Positions 52,480 to 63,920 of a stretch of 64,000 nt of DNA are shown in pieces. The DNA lies in NCBI GenBank assembly GCA_034780895.1, contig JAUZTB010000002.1:43714854-43778853 (forward strand), written 5' to 3'. The notes below the pieces were generated by a model. That model had not been told where the DNA came from. It saw nothing but the letters and a program-made list of their open reading frames with translations, and did not search any database. Numbering within the stretch: the stretch's first letter is position 1; the number at the start of each line of letters is the position of its first letter. A program made the position numbers and the translations under genes. This DNA comes from Rhynchobatus australiae. Taxonomy: Eukaryota.

Positions 52480-53188
52480 GACCAAGGAATTGATTGTGGA
52501 CTTCAGGAAGGGGAAGTCAGGAGAACACACACCAGTCTTCATTGAGGGGTCAGAAGCGGAAAGGGTGAGCAGCTTCAAGTTCCTGGCCGTCAACACCTTG
52601 GAGGATCTATCCTGGGCCCAACATATTGATGCAATCACAAAGAAGGCATGCCAACAGCTCTATTTTGTTAGGAGTTTGAAGAGATTTGGTACGTCACCAA
52701 AAACCCTTGCAAATGTCCACAGATGTACGGTGGAGAGCATTCTCACTGGTTGCATCACCGCCTGGTATGGAGGCTGCAATGTGCAGATCAAAAGAGGCTA
52801 CAGAAGGTTGAAGAAACATCCAGCACCATCATGGGCACAACGCTCCCCACTATCAAGGGCATCTTCAAGACTCTGCGCCTCAAGAAGGCAGCATCCACCA
52901 TTAAGGACCCTCACCAACCAGACATGCCCTCTTCATGTTACTACCATTGGGGAGGAGGTACAGGAGCTTGAAGATCCACACTCAACATTTCAGGAACAGC
53001 TTCTTCCCCTCTGCCATCAGATTTCTGAATGGTCCATGAACCTATGAACACTACCTCGTTATTCCTCTTTTGCACTATTTATTTAATTTGTAACTTGTAG
53101 TAATTTTTATGTCTTGCACTGTACTAATGCCACAAAACAACAAACTTCACGACATATGTCAGTGATAATAAACCTGATTCTGAATCTG
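52480..53188 (+). mobile_element. Rex1/Babar (L2-group) LINE 3' fragment, antisense in MCM9 intron
   Basis: [10 protein letters not shown]...ERVSSFKFL...DLSW..HI....KKA.Q.LYF.R.LK.F...CTVESILTGCITAWYG; tail gataataaacctgattctgaatctga. Confidence 0.92.
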
Positions 53189-54344
53189 AAGAGGAAACAA
53201 ATCCCAAGGTACACCTTACAGAGTATAAAAGCCTGCTGTAGTACTACTAGTTCATCCAGCAACCACAAAAGCAGCGACAAAACATATCCAAGTCAAGGTG
53301 GTATGGGTTATGTTCGATAAGAACAGTGCTCAAAACAGTTTGTCCTTTGTTCAGCTGTACTATGTAAATAGCATGATCATAAGATGATCAAGCTAATCCA
53401 AGGTACAACTAATCCAACCAGTTTTCAATGATGCTCCTTTCTTATCTCTGATATTTGCTTCGAGAGAAAAATGTTACAGCAAGCAGGCAAAGCAGACTTA
53501 TTTTGCAAAGCAGTTAACTTATTTTGGAACTCAGTACTTTACAGCAGGACTGGGACATCATGCCTTACCAGCTAATTAATCAAGTTGAGAAACTCTGTAA
53601 TCAAATGGATATTCCGCAGTTTGTTCTGAGAAACTCCATGACTGCTCTTCCTGTAATTGTCTGCTTATAATATCATGGGACATAATGCTAATTTTGACTG
53701 CTAAAAAAAATTCAAACATAGATATAAAGGGCAAAGTTGTTCATAGAAACATTAATGAATTTTGTACAAACAAAATACATCTTTAGCCACAGAAATGGTG
53801 AAATTGAGGGGAAATAATTACAACAAAAAAATTACAAGTTTACAATCACTTAATGGGTAAAGGTTCAGATTTAATGTCTGGTCTGCGTAGTGTCAGCTAC
53901 TGATAAACAGGGAAAGCAAGGGCATTAGTGAAAATCAGGCAGGGTCACTGACAAGTATCCAGTCATCTCTGCTGGGAATTGTACATCATGCCACCGGGCT
54001 TTGCTGTGTTGCCCTAATAGAAGGCTTATTATCTAGACTCACAAGCAGGGAAAGGTTGCTTAGGCAGGATTAGGGATGACTGTTGGCACCTCAACACGCA
54101 TGTCTCAGCAATCAGGGATCAAACAGCATCAAAACACCAGTGAGAACAAGTGCAATGAACTTTGCAAGAATTAAGCTTTCTTTCACAGTTTGCTAATAGT
54201 TTGAAACTGTTACACACAGCTGCTGCTTCTTGCAGAATACATGCCATTGATTCATAGCTCAGTGGTTCTGGCAATAATCACAGGCCAATTCTACTCTCTA
54301 TCAAAGGACATTACATGGAAATAATAAAACTGTTGTCGGCAGGG

Positions 54345-54455
54345 CAGAGAAGACTCTGAAAGGCAACTAAGCAGCATACCCAGCCTCAGAACAACCCAGC
54401 TGTCAAAGGCTTTCTAGGTCTTTCTATGTACCTCTAGTCAGAGACATTTAAAAAT
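54345..54455 (+). repeat. Dispersed repeat copy 1 (copy 2 at 57130-57253)
   Basis: Shared gaa.ggcaa.ta.gcagcatacccagcctcaga...gctgtca.aggctttctag.tcttt...gagacatttaaaaat. Confidence 0.8.
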
Positions 54456-55354
54456 GACTTGATATATGATTCTAAAAAGTACACCTGATTTAAGGTCACA
54501 TAATTCATAATACACATGACTCAAGTCAGGTTATTTGTTTTTGTCAAGGAATAACTGAGNNNNNNNNNNNNNNNNNNNNNNNNNNNNNNNNNNNNNNNNN
54601 NNNNNNNNNNNNNNNNNNNNNNNNNNNNNNNNNNNNNNNNNNNNNNNNNNNNNNNNNNNAAGGAATAACTGAGGCTCATCACATCTGACAAATCCTGATC
54701 GTCTTATTAAAAGGCAAAGAAGCTTTTCTCTTCCACAATGCTGATCCAATACTGAAACAATTTAATGTAAAAGACATCTACAAATGTGCACTGTTATTAG
54801 TGTACTAAAAATGCCTTCTGGTGTGTCTCTGAAAGCCAGATTCCACAAAAATACAGGCAGTAACAGAGCAAGTTCAAACAACTGAAAATTAAAATAAGCA
54901 CCAAAACCAGACACTACTAGTAGAAATTGGATGCAGATGGTCATGAACAAGTTACTCCAAAAATAACAGCTTTAAACTGAACAGTCATAAACTAAAATAC
55001 AGAATTGAATCTTTAAAATCTTTACTTTGGTTGACAATTATGGCCTAGAAATTGTAGGACACTTGGAAAGCCATGTTAAACATCAGGCACAGTGGATTAA
55101 TTCCGATTTTGTTCAGGGACTCCACACCAAAAAAGTCTGCAACACACAAGGCCCAAAGTGAAGCAAGACACAAGATAGGCCTGGAGCACGTAGTGTACTA
55201 AGAGGATGTCTTTCCATGCTCCATCACTTCAAGAGAATAGGCATTCTTCCATAATACATCTACCACTCCTGCAGCTGTGCCTGAATCCACGTTACCAGAG
55301 GTGGTGGCAGGCAGAAAAAAGGGTCAGGACACAATTGGGATGGGGTAGGTGAAA

Positions 55355-56442
55355 ATCAAAAGAACTGCAGATGCTACAAATCCAAATTAAAAACAGAAAA
55401 CGGTTTAAATACTCAGCAGGTCAGGTCGCATCTGTGGGAAGAGAAATAGCTAATGTTTTAGGTTGGAGACCCTTTGTCAGATCTGTGAAGGAGACAAAAG
55501 AAACTTGATCAGCTGCAGGGAGGTGAGGGAGTAATGGTAAAACCAGGGTGGCCATAGGGATAAGCTGTAAATGAGGTTTAATTGTGTTTGGCCTTTACTG
55601 TACTGTTGCAAATTGCAAAGCATGAAGACATAGGCTCAGTATGTCCTGCAATCTGAGGAAAAAAAATAGATGGAAAAAAAACTACGAAAGCTGAGCCAGT
55701 ATCACGAATGGACAACTGATACAGACAGAAATCAAGTTACCTGAAGTTGTAGAACTTAATATCAAGTTCAAAAGGCTGCAAAGCACCTAGACAGTACAAT
55801 GAGGCCAAATGCAAGCTGTAAACAAGCTTACGTTGGGCCTCATTTTAACAGTAGAGGAGGCCACTTTAATTCTCCATCTCACTCTGACCTATCAATCTGC
55901 GGCCTCCTGTATTGTTACAATAAGGCGCAATGCAAGCTTGAGGAACAGCACCACATCCTCTGTCTGGGCACGTAGCAGCCTTCTGGACTTAATATTGAAT
56001 TTTACAACTTCAGGTAATTTGATTCACGTCTATATCAGTCATCCATCTGCAATATTGGCTCATCTTGTTGTTGCTTTTTTATCCTCCTGTTATTTTCTAT
56101 TGTTCTCTCTGGGAGTACAGGATATGCCCAGCCTAACCTGTCGGGCANNNNNNNNNNNNNNNNNNNNNNNNNNNNNNNNNNNNNNNNNNNNNNNNNNNNN
56201 NNNNNNNNNNNNNNNNNNNNNNNNNNNNNNNNNNNNNNNNNNNNNNNNNNNNNNNNNNNNNNNNNNNNNNNNNNNNNNNNNNNNNNNNNNNNNNNNNNNN
56301 NNNNNNNNNNCAACTTACAAGCTTCTTCTGTCCCCTTCCCAGTTCTGATGACGGGTCTTCGACCTGAAACATTAACTCTGTTTTTTTTCCCCACAGATGT
56401 CGCCTGACCTACTGAGTATTTCCAGCATTCTCCATTTTTATT
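55355..56442. mobile_element. Penelope-like element in inverted (fold-back) arrangement inside MCM9 intron
   Basis: Minus-strand arm at 55355-55850 (pLTR plus GIY-YIG C-terminal end) faces a plus-strand arm at 55860-56442 (same segments). tcaagttacctgaagttgtagaa at about 55732 pairs with ttttacaacttcaggtaatttga at about 56000. Hammerhead core at 56345-56369. Confidence 0.8.
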
Positions 56443-56806
56443 TTCGACAGGGTAGGGTTGGCTGCTGGAATCAACAAGGGGTGGCCTGATCAGCGTGGGT
56501 TGAGAGGGTTTGGCTGAGCTGGGAACTCAGTGGGATTTTACAGCAATCCTGCAGTTTCTTGGTTACTTTACTGAGATTTTTTTTAAATCCAGATTTAATT
56601 ACTTGAATTTATGTGTTAGACACCAGAGTATAAATTAATATGTAACAAGAATCACTACTTGGACTAACCAAGCCAAAATATGAAAAATTAAATTTCAAAT
56701 ACAGTTCTGTAACAGTAATTGAGAATTAAACTTGTACATACTGAACAATTTACAATCATGTAAATACTTCCTTTATCTTTGTAAGGTATATAAATATTGC
56801 CCTTAC

Positions 56807-56926
56807 CTGCACTAGTGGACCCAATTCCAGCTGTCAGGACCGAGCGGGGTACAATTTTTGCTGCATACTTTAGAAACTGAGATTTCCCAGTTCCAGGATC
56901 CCCGACCAGCAAGAGATGAGGTTCAC
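56807..56926 (-). CDS. MCM9: MCM9 coding exon (120 nt) with Walker A ([40 protein letters not shown])
   Basis: tttgaag| acceptor, |gtaagg donor, and the [10 protein letters not shown]-loop typical of MCM8/9. Confidence 0.97.
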
Positions 56927-57129
56927 CTTCAAAACAAAGGAAATCTTAAGGGGCACATGCTCTTTCGGTAATTAATTAGACACACTCAGCCTGCACCAGG
57001 AAATTGAATGTGCATGTTCACTGGAGCCTGCCAGGCTGCTCATACTTGCCACTGCCCACCAGACTGCCCACTTTTCCTCTATTCAGAGGACTGAACAAAT
57101 GGACGTCAACACCATCGAGGTGTCCCTCG

Positions 57130-57253
57130 AGGCAGAACAGGCTCCAGAAGGCAAGTAGGCAGCATACCCAGCCTCAGATCAATCTGACAGCCCCTGACTG
57201 TTTGCTGGCTGTCAGAGGCTTTCTAGATCTTTTGTCTGAGACATTTAAAAATT
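57130..57253 (+). repeat. Dispersed repeat copy 2 (copy 1 at 54345-54455)
   Basis: See copy 1. This copy has an extra internal hairpin tctgacagcc...ggctgtcaga. Confidence 0.8.
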
Positions 57254-58347
57254 ATCTATTGAGTATTTTTTTAAATAATTAAAAAAAATAAAAATAATTA
57301 AAAATAGATTAGAATACTAACAAATTAAGGGGTAAAATAAATGTAGAATAATTAAGCCTCATAAACATACACCTTTCTCTTTCCCACCACCTCCCAACTG
57401 CCCCCTCCCCACAGGGCTGGGGGATCCACTCAACTGTATGGGGTTGCCAATTATAGGTCAACCCTTCCTAACATAAAGCTCAGGGTCCAGATGTTAAAGG
57501 CATCTGGTCCCCCCTCACCATATCATTGTTCTGCCCAGGGCTCACTTGGTCCAGTGGTAGAAGTCAAATGCATAAGCATCAAACCTCTGCAGTTTGTCTC
57601 AAAATTCTACCTCTAACTACTTATTCAGAAAGTCCACAACATGCTGTAGCATAAATGGCTGATCCAGCATTTATCTCACTTTGCTAAAGTGTAGGTGCCC
57701 CAGTTGTCTACACATTGAGCAGTGCAAAATATTAGAGATACCATGTCTGTCTGCAGATACTGAGAAGACAAGTGCATTTAAATGTGCATCCTGTATGATA
57801 GTGTCTTCACATATTGTTTCATATATCTAATACACCTAGATCTTCTGCCCATTTAACCAACAAAATTCTAGATGGGACTTAGCAGAGGGCTTTGTCTTTG
57901 AAAAAGAGACACCTAGAGGCGATCTTGCAGATGCATATGAAATGAAAATAAAAATTACAGATAAAGGTGATCTGAGATGTAACAAACCAAGTAGAAATCA
58001 TAGTTTCCACTGGTGGAAGGCAAAACTGGCACAATTTAGGAAATGACTTCCTACTAAAAGGTCAATACATGATTCAGTCATCGATGGTAGAAAATCAGAA
58101 TTATTTGTTGTTACACAAGTTGAAAGATTTTATTTCCTTGTCCAGAATTACTTCTGGTCTCATGAATTTTGCTTCAAGTCATTCCATTGAATTTCATGAA
58201 TTAAATGATTATCATCAGAAATAATCAAAGAAAATAATATTCTCATTTAGACATACATGAGGTTTTATTTTATATATATGGGTTCCACAGATCAATTTAA
58301 AAAATTTCAGTTCAATAATATTTCATGTTTGTTACTACAGCACTAAC

Positions 58348-58473
58348 CTCTAACTTTGGTGCCAGCTGCATCAGTTCTTTGAACTCCACCTGCTAACACC
58401 ATGGCAACCGCTAGCTTAACCACATACATTCCAAATACCTGTGGACAAAGGCTGGCCAGAATCTCATTTCTTC
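58348..58473 (-). CDS. MCM9: MCM9 coding exon (126 nt; [42 protein letters not shown])
   Basis: tttaag| acceptor and |gttagt donor. Start of the MCM AAA+ domain. Absent from the ORF track but read directly from the sequence. Confidence 0.96.
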
Positions 58474-60685
58474 CTTAAAAATAAAAAAAAATAATGACCT
58501 TCTATGATGGAAGAGAGAAAAAAAAACACTCCATTACTCGTAATCAAAATCGACACAGGCAAGTTTATATTCCATTATAAAGCAAATTTATCAGAACCAG
58601 CATTATGCTCCACCAGCTCCCCGAACCACTCTCCACAAAGAGTGTTGGCAAGGAATTACTTTGTCCATTTCAAAACAGTTTGTCTTGTGCATTCTAAGCC
58701 AGTCTGGTTTTCACAGAAGATGTTCATGCACATACTTACATTCATGAGAGACTCCAGTGCAGTTGACAAGAAGCTTACTCATAATTCTATTAAAACACTT
58801 CAATTTTAAAACATGTATTAAAATGTTATAACTACTTATTAGGATGTGGAACTAGTGAGGTGGTGGGGAAATCCAGTACTTGATTGTACAAATCTTTTCT
58901 TTCAGCCTTCCAGTCTTTTACAGTGCCTTTTAGTGTGTCATCTTTCCTCATCCAGAGCACTGATTACTAAGTATGTTTTCCTATTAAAGTAATCTAGATC
59001 TACAAATAATCTGACAACAATCTACAAAGTTTTTAATCTAGGAAAAACTCTCAAGGCATTTCATAGAATTGCGAGTAAAATTCAACACTAAGCTGTAGGT
59101 ATTACAATGGGTGACCAACAGATTGATCAACAGGTAAATATTGAGATGGGTTTTAATAAAGACAGAAAGGCAAAGAGATTATATAAGGAAACTCCAGTGA
59201 TCGTTTGGATCCCTGAAGGTACATTTGCTAAAGGCTGGACAGAGCCAGCTTTCTAAAAGAACACAGATAACGCAGCAGGTAATACAGATATCTCGTTGGA
59301 ATTGAGGAGGATATGAAGTGGGATGGGGGAGTGCGGGGGCGGGGTTCAAGCGGGGGTGGAGGTGAGAAGAATGGGGCACGTGGCTATGAAGGGATTTCAA
59401 CGTTTAGGACAAGCATTTTAAAAATCATTGGTGGGTGGACCAGAAGCCAAGGTCTTGTCAATGAGCAGAGGAGATATGGATAAGCAGGACGCCATTCAGA
59501 GCACATTTAATCCAACAGATATTTATCTCAGATCCTCTTTAGGCTGTTCAATATATTATTTGACTTCCTGGTAATTACCTTTTTGTTATTCATTTAAAGA
59601 GTATAGCACATACTGCCCAGACATAATGCTCTCAAGGAAGCCTTCTTGATCCATTGCAGTCCATTTGGTGTAAGTACCTCCATGGTGCTATGGAGTACAG
59701 AGTCATAGAACATAGAACCAGTAATGATGAAGGACCGGCAACATACATTTCCAAGTTAGGATGATGTGCAGCTTGAGGGGAGCCTGCAGGTGGCAGTGTT
59801 CTCATGCAACTGCTACCCTATCTTTGATGATAGAGGTTGCGGGTTTCAAAGGCAAGTAACTGCAGTACATTTGTACGTTGGCTACAGCACAATACAGTGT
59901 TTAGATTATTTTAATGTGTCATACTTGATTAAAAATTTCAAAAATCAGTTTGAACAAAAGCTCTTTACAATTCTTCACTGGGATACTAGGGATTTTTCTG
60001 GGAGGAGGAGAAAGGTGGATAAAACCTACTAGGGATTGCATCAATTGGACATGAACAACAAAAAAAACAGCTATACTTAACACCTTAACAATGGCAACTC
60101 TGAAAATAACTGCTTTGCCCTTTAGTGTATCCTGTGTGTAAGCTGTGTGTAAGGGAAGATTTCACAGTATGCTTTCACGGGGAGACTCAAACATGTCACC
60201 AAACTGTGTTCAATTCCTTTAATACTTTCAGTTTTTGTGCTTTGTAAACTTGGGTAACAACTTAGCAAAAGGTTAAATCTACCTGCTTGCATCACTTTTG
60301 AAGGAGGCATATGCAAAAAGGCTCACTGTTACCCATACGAGTTCTGCATTTAATTTTTCAGCACCAGTCCTCTCAGGTTTATTGAAAATGAGCATCAACC
60401 ACTGAAATGATTTAATCATTTGTTAACNNNNNNNNNNNNNNNNNNNNNNNNNNNNNNNNNNNNNNNNNNNNNNNNNNNNNNNNNNNNNNNNNNNNNNNNN
60501 NNNNNNNNNNNNNNNNNNNNNNNNNNNAGCTAGATGATGATTTACTGAGACAGTACTGTGTTAATGCAGTTAAAGTTCAAGCATAAGAATGACTGCTTTC
60601 TTTAAATGAAAAAAAATCAACCTATTTAGCCATTTCACCCATGAACAGAATTCATATTCTTAAACAGTTTCCTTTAACAAGCATA

Positions 60686-61040
60686 GGCAGCACAGTGGTG
60701 CAGCTAGTGTAGGTATGGCTCACAGGTCCAGCAACCCAAGTTAAATTCTGATCTCCAAGTTAAATTCTGATCTCCAGCACTATCTGTGTGGTGTGTCCTC
60801 GTTCTCCCTGTGACCTTGCGGTTTCCATGAGTGCTCCATTTTCCCCCCATATCCCAAAGACATGCTGGTTGGTAGGTTAATTGGCCACTATAAACATTAG
60901 TGTGTGGGCAAGTGATAGAGTCTGCAATGAGTTGACAGGAAAGTGGGGAGAATAGGTTACAGGGAAAGTAAGTGAGGAATAGGATTGCTCTGTGTGCTGG
61001 CATAAATTCAATAGTCAAAATGGCCTCTGTCAATATTGTA
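60686..61040 (+). mobile_element. V-SINE (HE1-like) with a 19-bp internal tandem duplication
   Basis: ggcagcacagtggtgcagctag head, catatcccaaagac V-domain, and ccaagttaaattctgatct present twice at about 60736-60773. Confidence 0.75.
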
Positions 61041-61177
61041 AGGAAATATGACACAACTTGGCAAAATTTAGTTAAAATTTGTCAACAATTCACATAGGAT
61101 TACACCACCACCACCACACAGTGGAAGACCTGAAGTATCTACTAACGTGATTTGATCAATTCTATGCAAATCTGCAC

Positions 61178-61378
61178 CTGCAAGAGGATCGTCTTTGTAA
61201 TTCTCCCAGAACTCTTCAAATTCTTTCTGGATATCCTCATCAATAACAACTCCAGTTGGCTGTTCATTGTTCACTTCAAGGTTATTGGCTTTCAGGACAA
61301 GTTCGAGGTCGCAACGGGAGTCCTGAGTCAGAGGTCTCCACCTCTGCATAACCACACCATAAACAGTAATATCATCAC
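61178..61378 (-). CDS. MCM9: MCM9 internal coding exon (201 nt; OB-fold end and linker, [16 protein letters not shown]...[13 protein letters not shown]); first exon visible in the window
   Basis: Acceptor AG at 61379-61380 and donor GT at 61176-61177. Translation closely matches vertebrate MCM9 (MQRW..D.RC..E.VLKAN...NNEQ). Phase 1-1 joins the next exon in frame. Confidence 0.95.
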
Positions 61379-61469
61379 CTATGATTCAAACAAAAACATG
61401 CTTATTACTTCTAAGCATTTAATTACAGTTCATTTTTGGAAGCGGTGAAGAAAGCAAACTATTTGGAAC

Positions 61470-61770
61470 TGCACTAAAACTCCAATAATCCACTAACCGA
61501 TAGTTCGGAAAGCACCCTGATTTAGCCTCTGGATTATGGGGGTCCTGTTTCCTGTGCTCCCTTGAAATTCACCAGGGCACCATTTTCCAGGGTCTCCTGA
61601 AACTCACCAGGTTAACTTGAAAATTTGCTTAGATATTACTTAGTGGTGTTTTAAAAAAAGTGGATCAAAAGGGTGTTGGAGTATTGACTGGAATAACATC
61701 CAATTGTGTGGCAAATCTGCCAGTCCAACACCAAAGTCCTGAGTATGCTATGTTAACAGAGCTTGACTAT
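61470..61770. mobile_element. Possible Tigger/pogo-like non-autonomous DNA transposon remnant
   Basis: cactaaaactccaataatcc and gttaacagagcttgactata resemble decayed CAGTAAAACTC...GAGTTTTACTG termini. Confidence 0.3.
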
Positions 61771-62339
61771 ATGTGGGTAAGAGTATCTGACAAAGCATTA
61801 CCAAGAAAAGTCCAGAACTAATTCCACTGGTCACACAGATTCCAAATGTGATCTGAATGCACATTAAAATTTACAACAGATAAACAGATGGAATCATCTG
61901 TTCAGCAAATGAGCATTTAAGATACATTTTCATAACATAATATGTATATAAAATTCAGCAAGATATTTGCAATTTTATTAATAATGACTGTATTATAAAA
62001 CCTTATTCCAATATTCACCACCTTACAACTATTTGTATCAAAATATCTTTCCGTGTACAGCCGATCTGCTGAATTAAGTTGTGACAAATCACTCTTAGTG
62101 TCTAAACTGGTCATTTGGATTGTTGCTACCAGCAAGTTCTACCTTACAGATATTATTTGTGAATAAATGAAGAAAAGAGCCATAACAGAAACCTGTGAAT
62201 CTCATTCCATCTGGCCAAATCAGTGAAAAGATTCAAAGGTCTTATGTTTTTACAAGGCTCACGCATATTTGTTCATGATACTGGGGGAAGTGAGCCAGCA
62301 TGGATTGAAAATTGTCTTCTATATGATAACCAGAGTTGG

Positions 62340-63452
62340 AAATAATAGGGTCTTCTTCAGGCTGGAAGGATGTGACTAATGGATCGAATTTCTTTACACT
62401 TTATGATGTCTTCGCACTGTACTGCTGCCGCAAAGCAACAAATTTCACGCCATACAAGTTATTGATAATAAACCCAACTCTGATTCTAATGGGTTACTCC
62501 AAGGATCAGCTCTTCGTCTTCTGCTTAAAATTTATACCAGAGGGGGGCAGAGTGCAAAGTATCCAGCTCTGCCAATGATGTGAAAATAGGTGGGAGGACG
62601 TGTTGAGATGAGGAAATTTGAACTCAGCACATGACATAGATTGGTTAAGCGAGTTGGCAAAAATTTACCAAATGGAGTTTTAATGTGGGAAATTGTGAAG
62701 CCATGCACCTTGGCAAGATGAATCTACAGGCTGACTGGAGAAAGACTTAAGATGAATAAAGTATAAAGGATCTGATTTTCTTGTGCATGAACTGCAAAAA
62801 GTTAGCAGGCAGGTACAAGTGATTAGGAAGACAAATGGTATATTGGCCTTTATTGCAAGAGGATTGGAGTTTAAAAATAGGGAAGTATTGTTACAATTTC
62901 ACAGGGAACACACAGATGCCACACCTGGAGTACTGTGCATTGTGTTGATCCCTATATATAAGAAAGAATATAGTAGCATTGGAAGCAAGCCAAAAGAGAT
63001 TCACTTGGCTAATTCCTGGGATGTGAGAGCTGTCCTATTAGCAGCAACTGAAGAAATTATATCTACATTCTTTGGAGTTTAGAAGAACAAGGGATGATCT
63101 TCTTGAAAGATACAAGATCCTGAGAGGACATAACAGGGTAGATGTCAAGATATTTCTACTATTAGAAGATTCTCAGATGAGGGAAGATTCAGAGACAATA
63201 ATTTAATCCCGAGGTAGACAGGAAATTCTTTTCATGGAGGTTGGTGAATCTCTGGAATTCTCAACTCTGGAGAGCTGTCATTGGAAGTATTTAAAGAGGA
63301 TGTAGATAAATCTCTGAAACATAAGGGAATTTTGGGCTATGAGGAACTGGCACAGAAGAGGAGTTGAGACCTGGGAGATATCTGCCTTGGTCATATTGAA
63401 TGGCAGGGCAGGCTTGAGTAGCTAACTGGCATACTCCTGCTCCTATTTTCTT
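62340..63452 (+). mobile_element. Old CR1 LINE RT fragment with a nested 103-bp Rex/Babar-type tail (62383-62485)
   Basis: GWKDVT.G..QGS, ...RKTNGILAFIARGLEFKNREVLLQ... The nested insert is flanked by a ctaatgg duplication. Confidence 0.85.
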
Positions 63453-63597
63453 ACGGTCTGAAATACTTTCAAGGAATCCAACATATCATTATACCATTAT
63501 ATCATTATACCATCCAAACAACTTTAACGCATTAATTTAATAAACTTTGAAAAATTCTTGATGTTGATTGGTCCTTTTTTTTTAGCTGACTTGTCGA

Positions 63598-63920
63598 GGG
63601 GTGACACAATGGCGCAGCTGGGAGAGCTGCTGCCTTACAGCTCCAGCAACCTGGGTTTAATCCTGGCCTCCGAGGCAGTCTGTGTGGATTGTGCACCTTT
63701 TCCCCTGGGTGCTTCAGTTTCCTCCCACACCCCAAAGACATAAGGATCGGTAGATTATTTAGTCACTGTCAACTGCCCCAAGTGTGTAGGTGAGTGATGG
63801 AATCTGGGAGGGGTTGTTGAGAACAGGGGAGAATAATGCTAGATTAGTGTAAATGGCTGCTTGATGTTCAGCATGAACGCAGTGGGCCAAAGGACCTGTT
63901 TCTGTTCTGTTTCTATGATC
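63598..63920 (+). mobile_element. V-SINE (HE1-like) with CR1-like tail
   Basis: tggcgcagctgg A box, gggtttaatcc B box, gtttcctcccacaccccaaagac, tail gtgggccaaaggacctgtttctg. Confidence 0.8.

Noticed and set aside
52238-53047. 269-aa plus-strand ORF
   Set aside because: Chance fusion of the antisense frame of an MCM9 exon with a frameshifted LINE RT fragment. It has a non-ATG start and is not a gene.
54545-54675. aaggaataactgag repeated on both sides of a 100-N gap (similarly gacaatcaga around 9396-9516)
   Set aside because: Most likely unmerged contig overlap, not a biological repeat.
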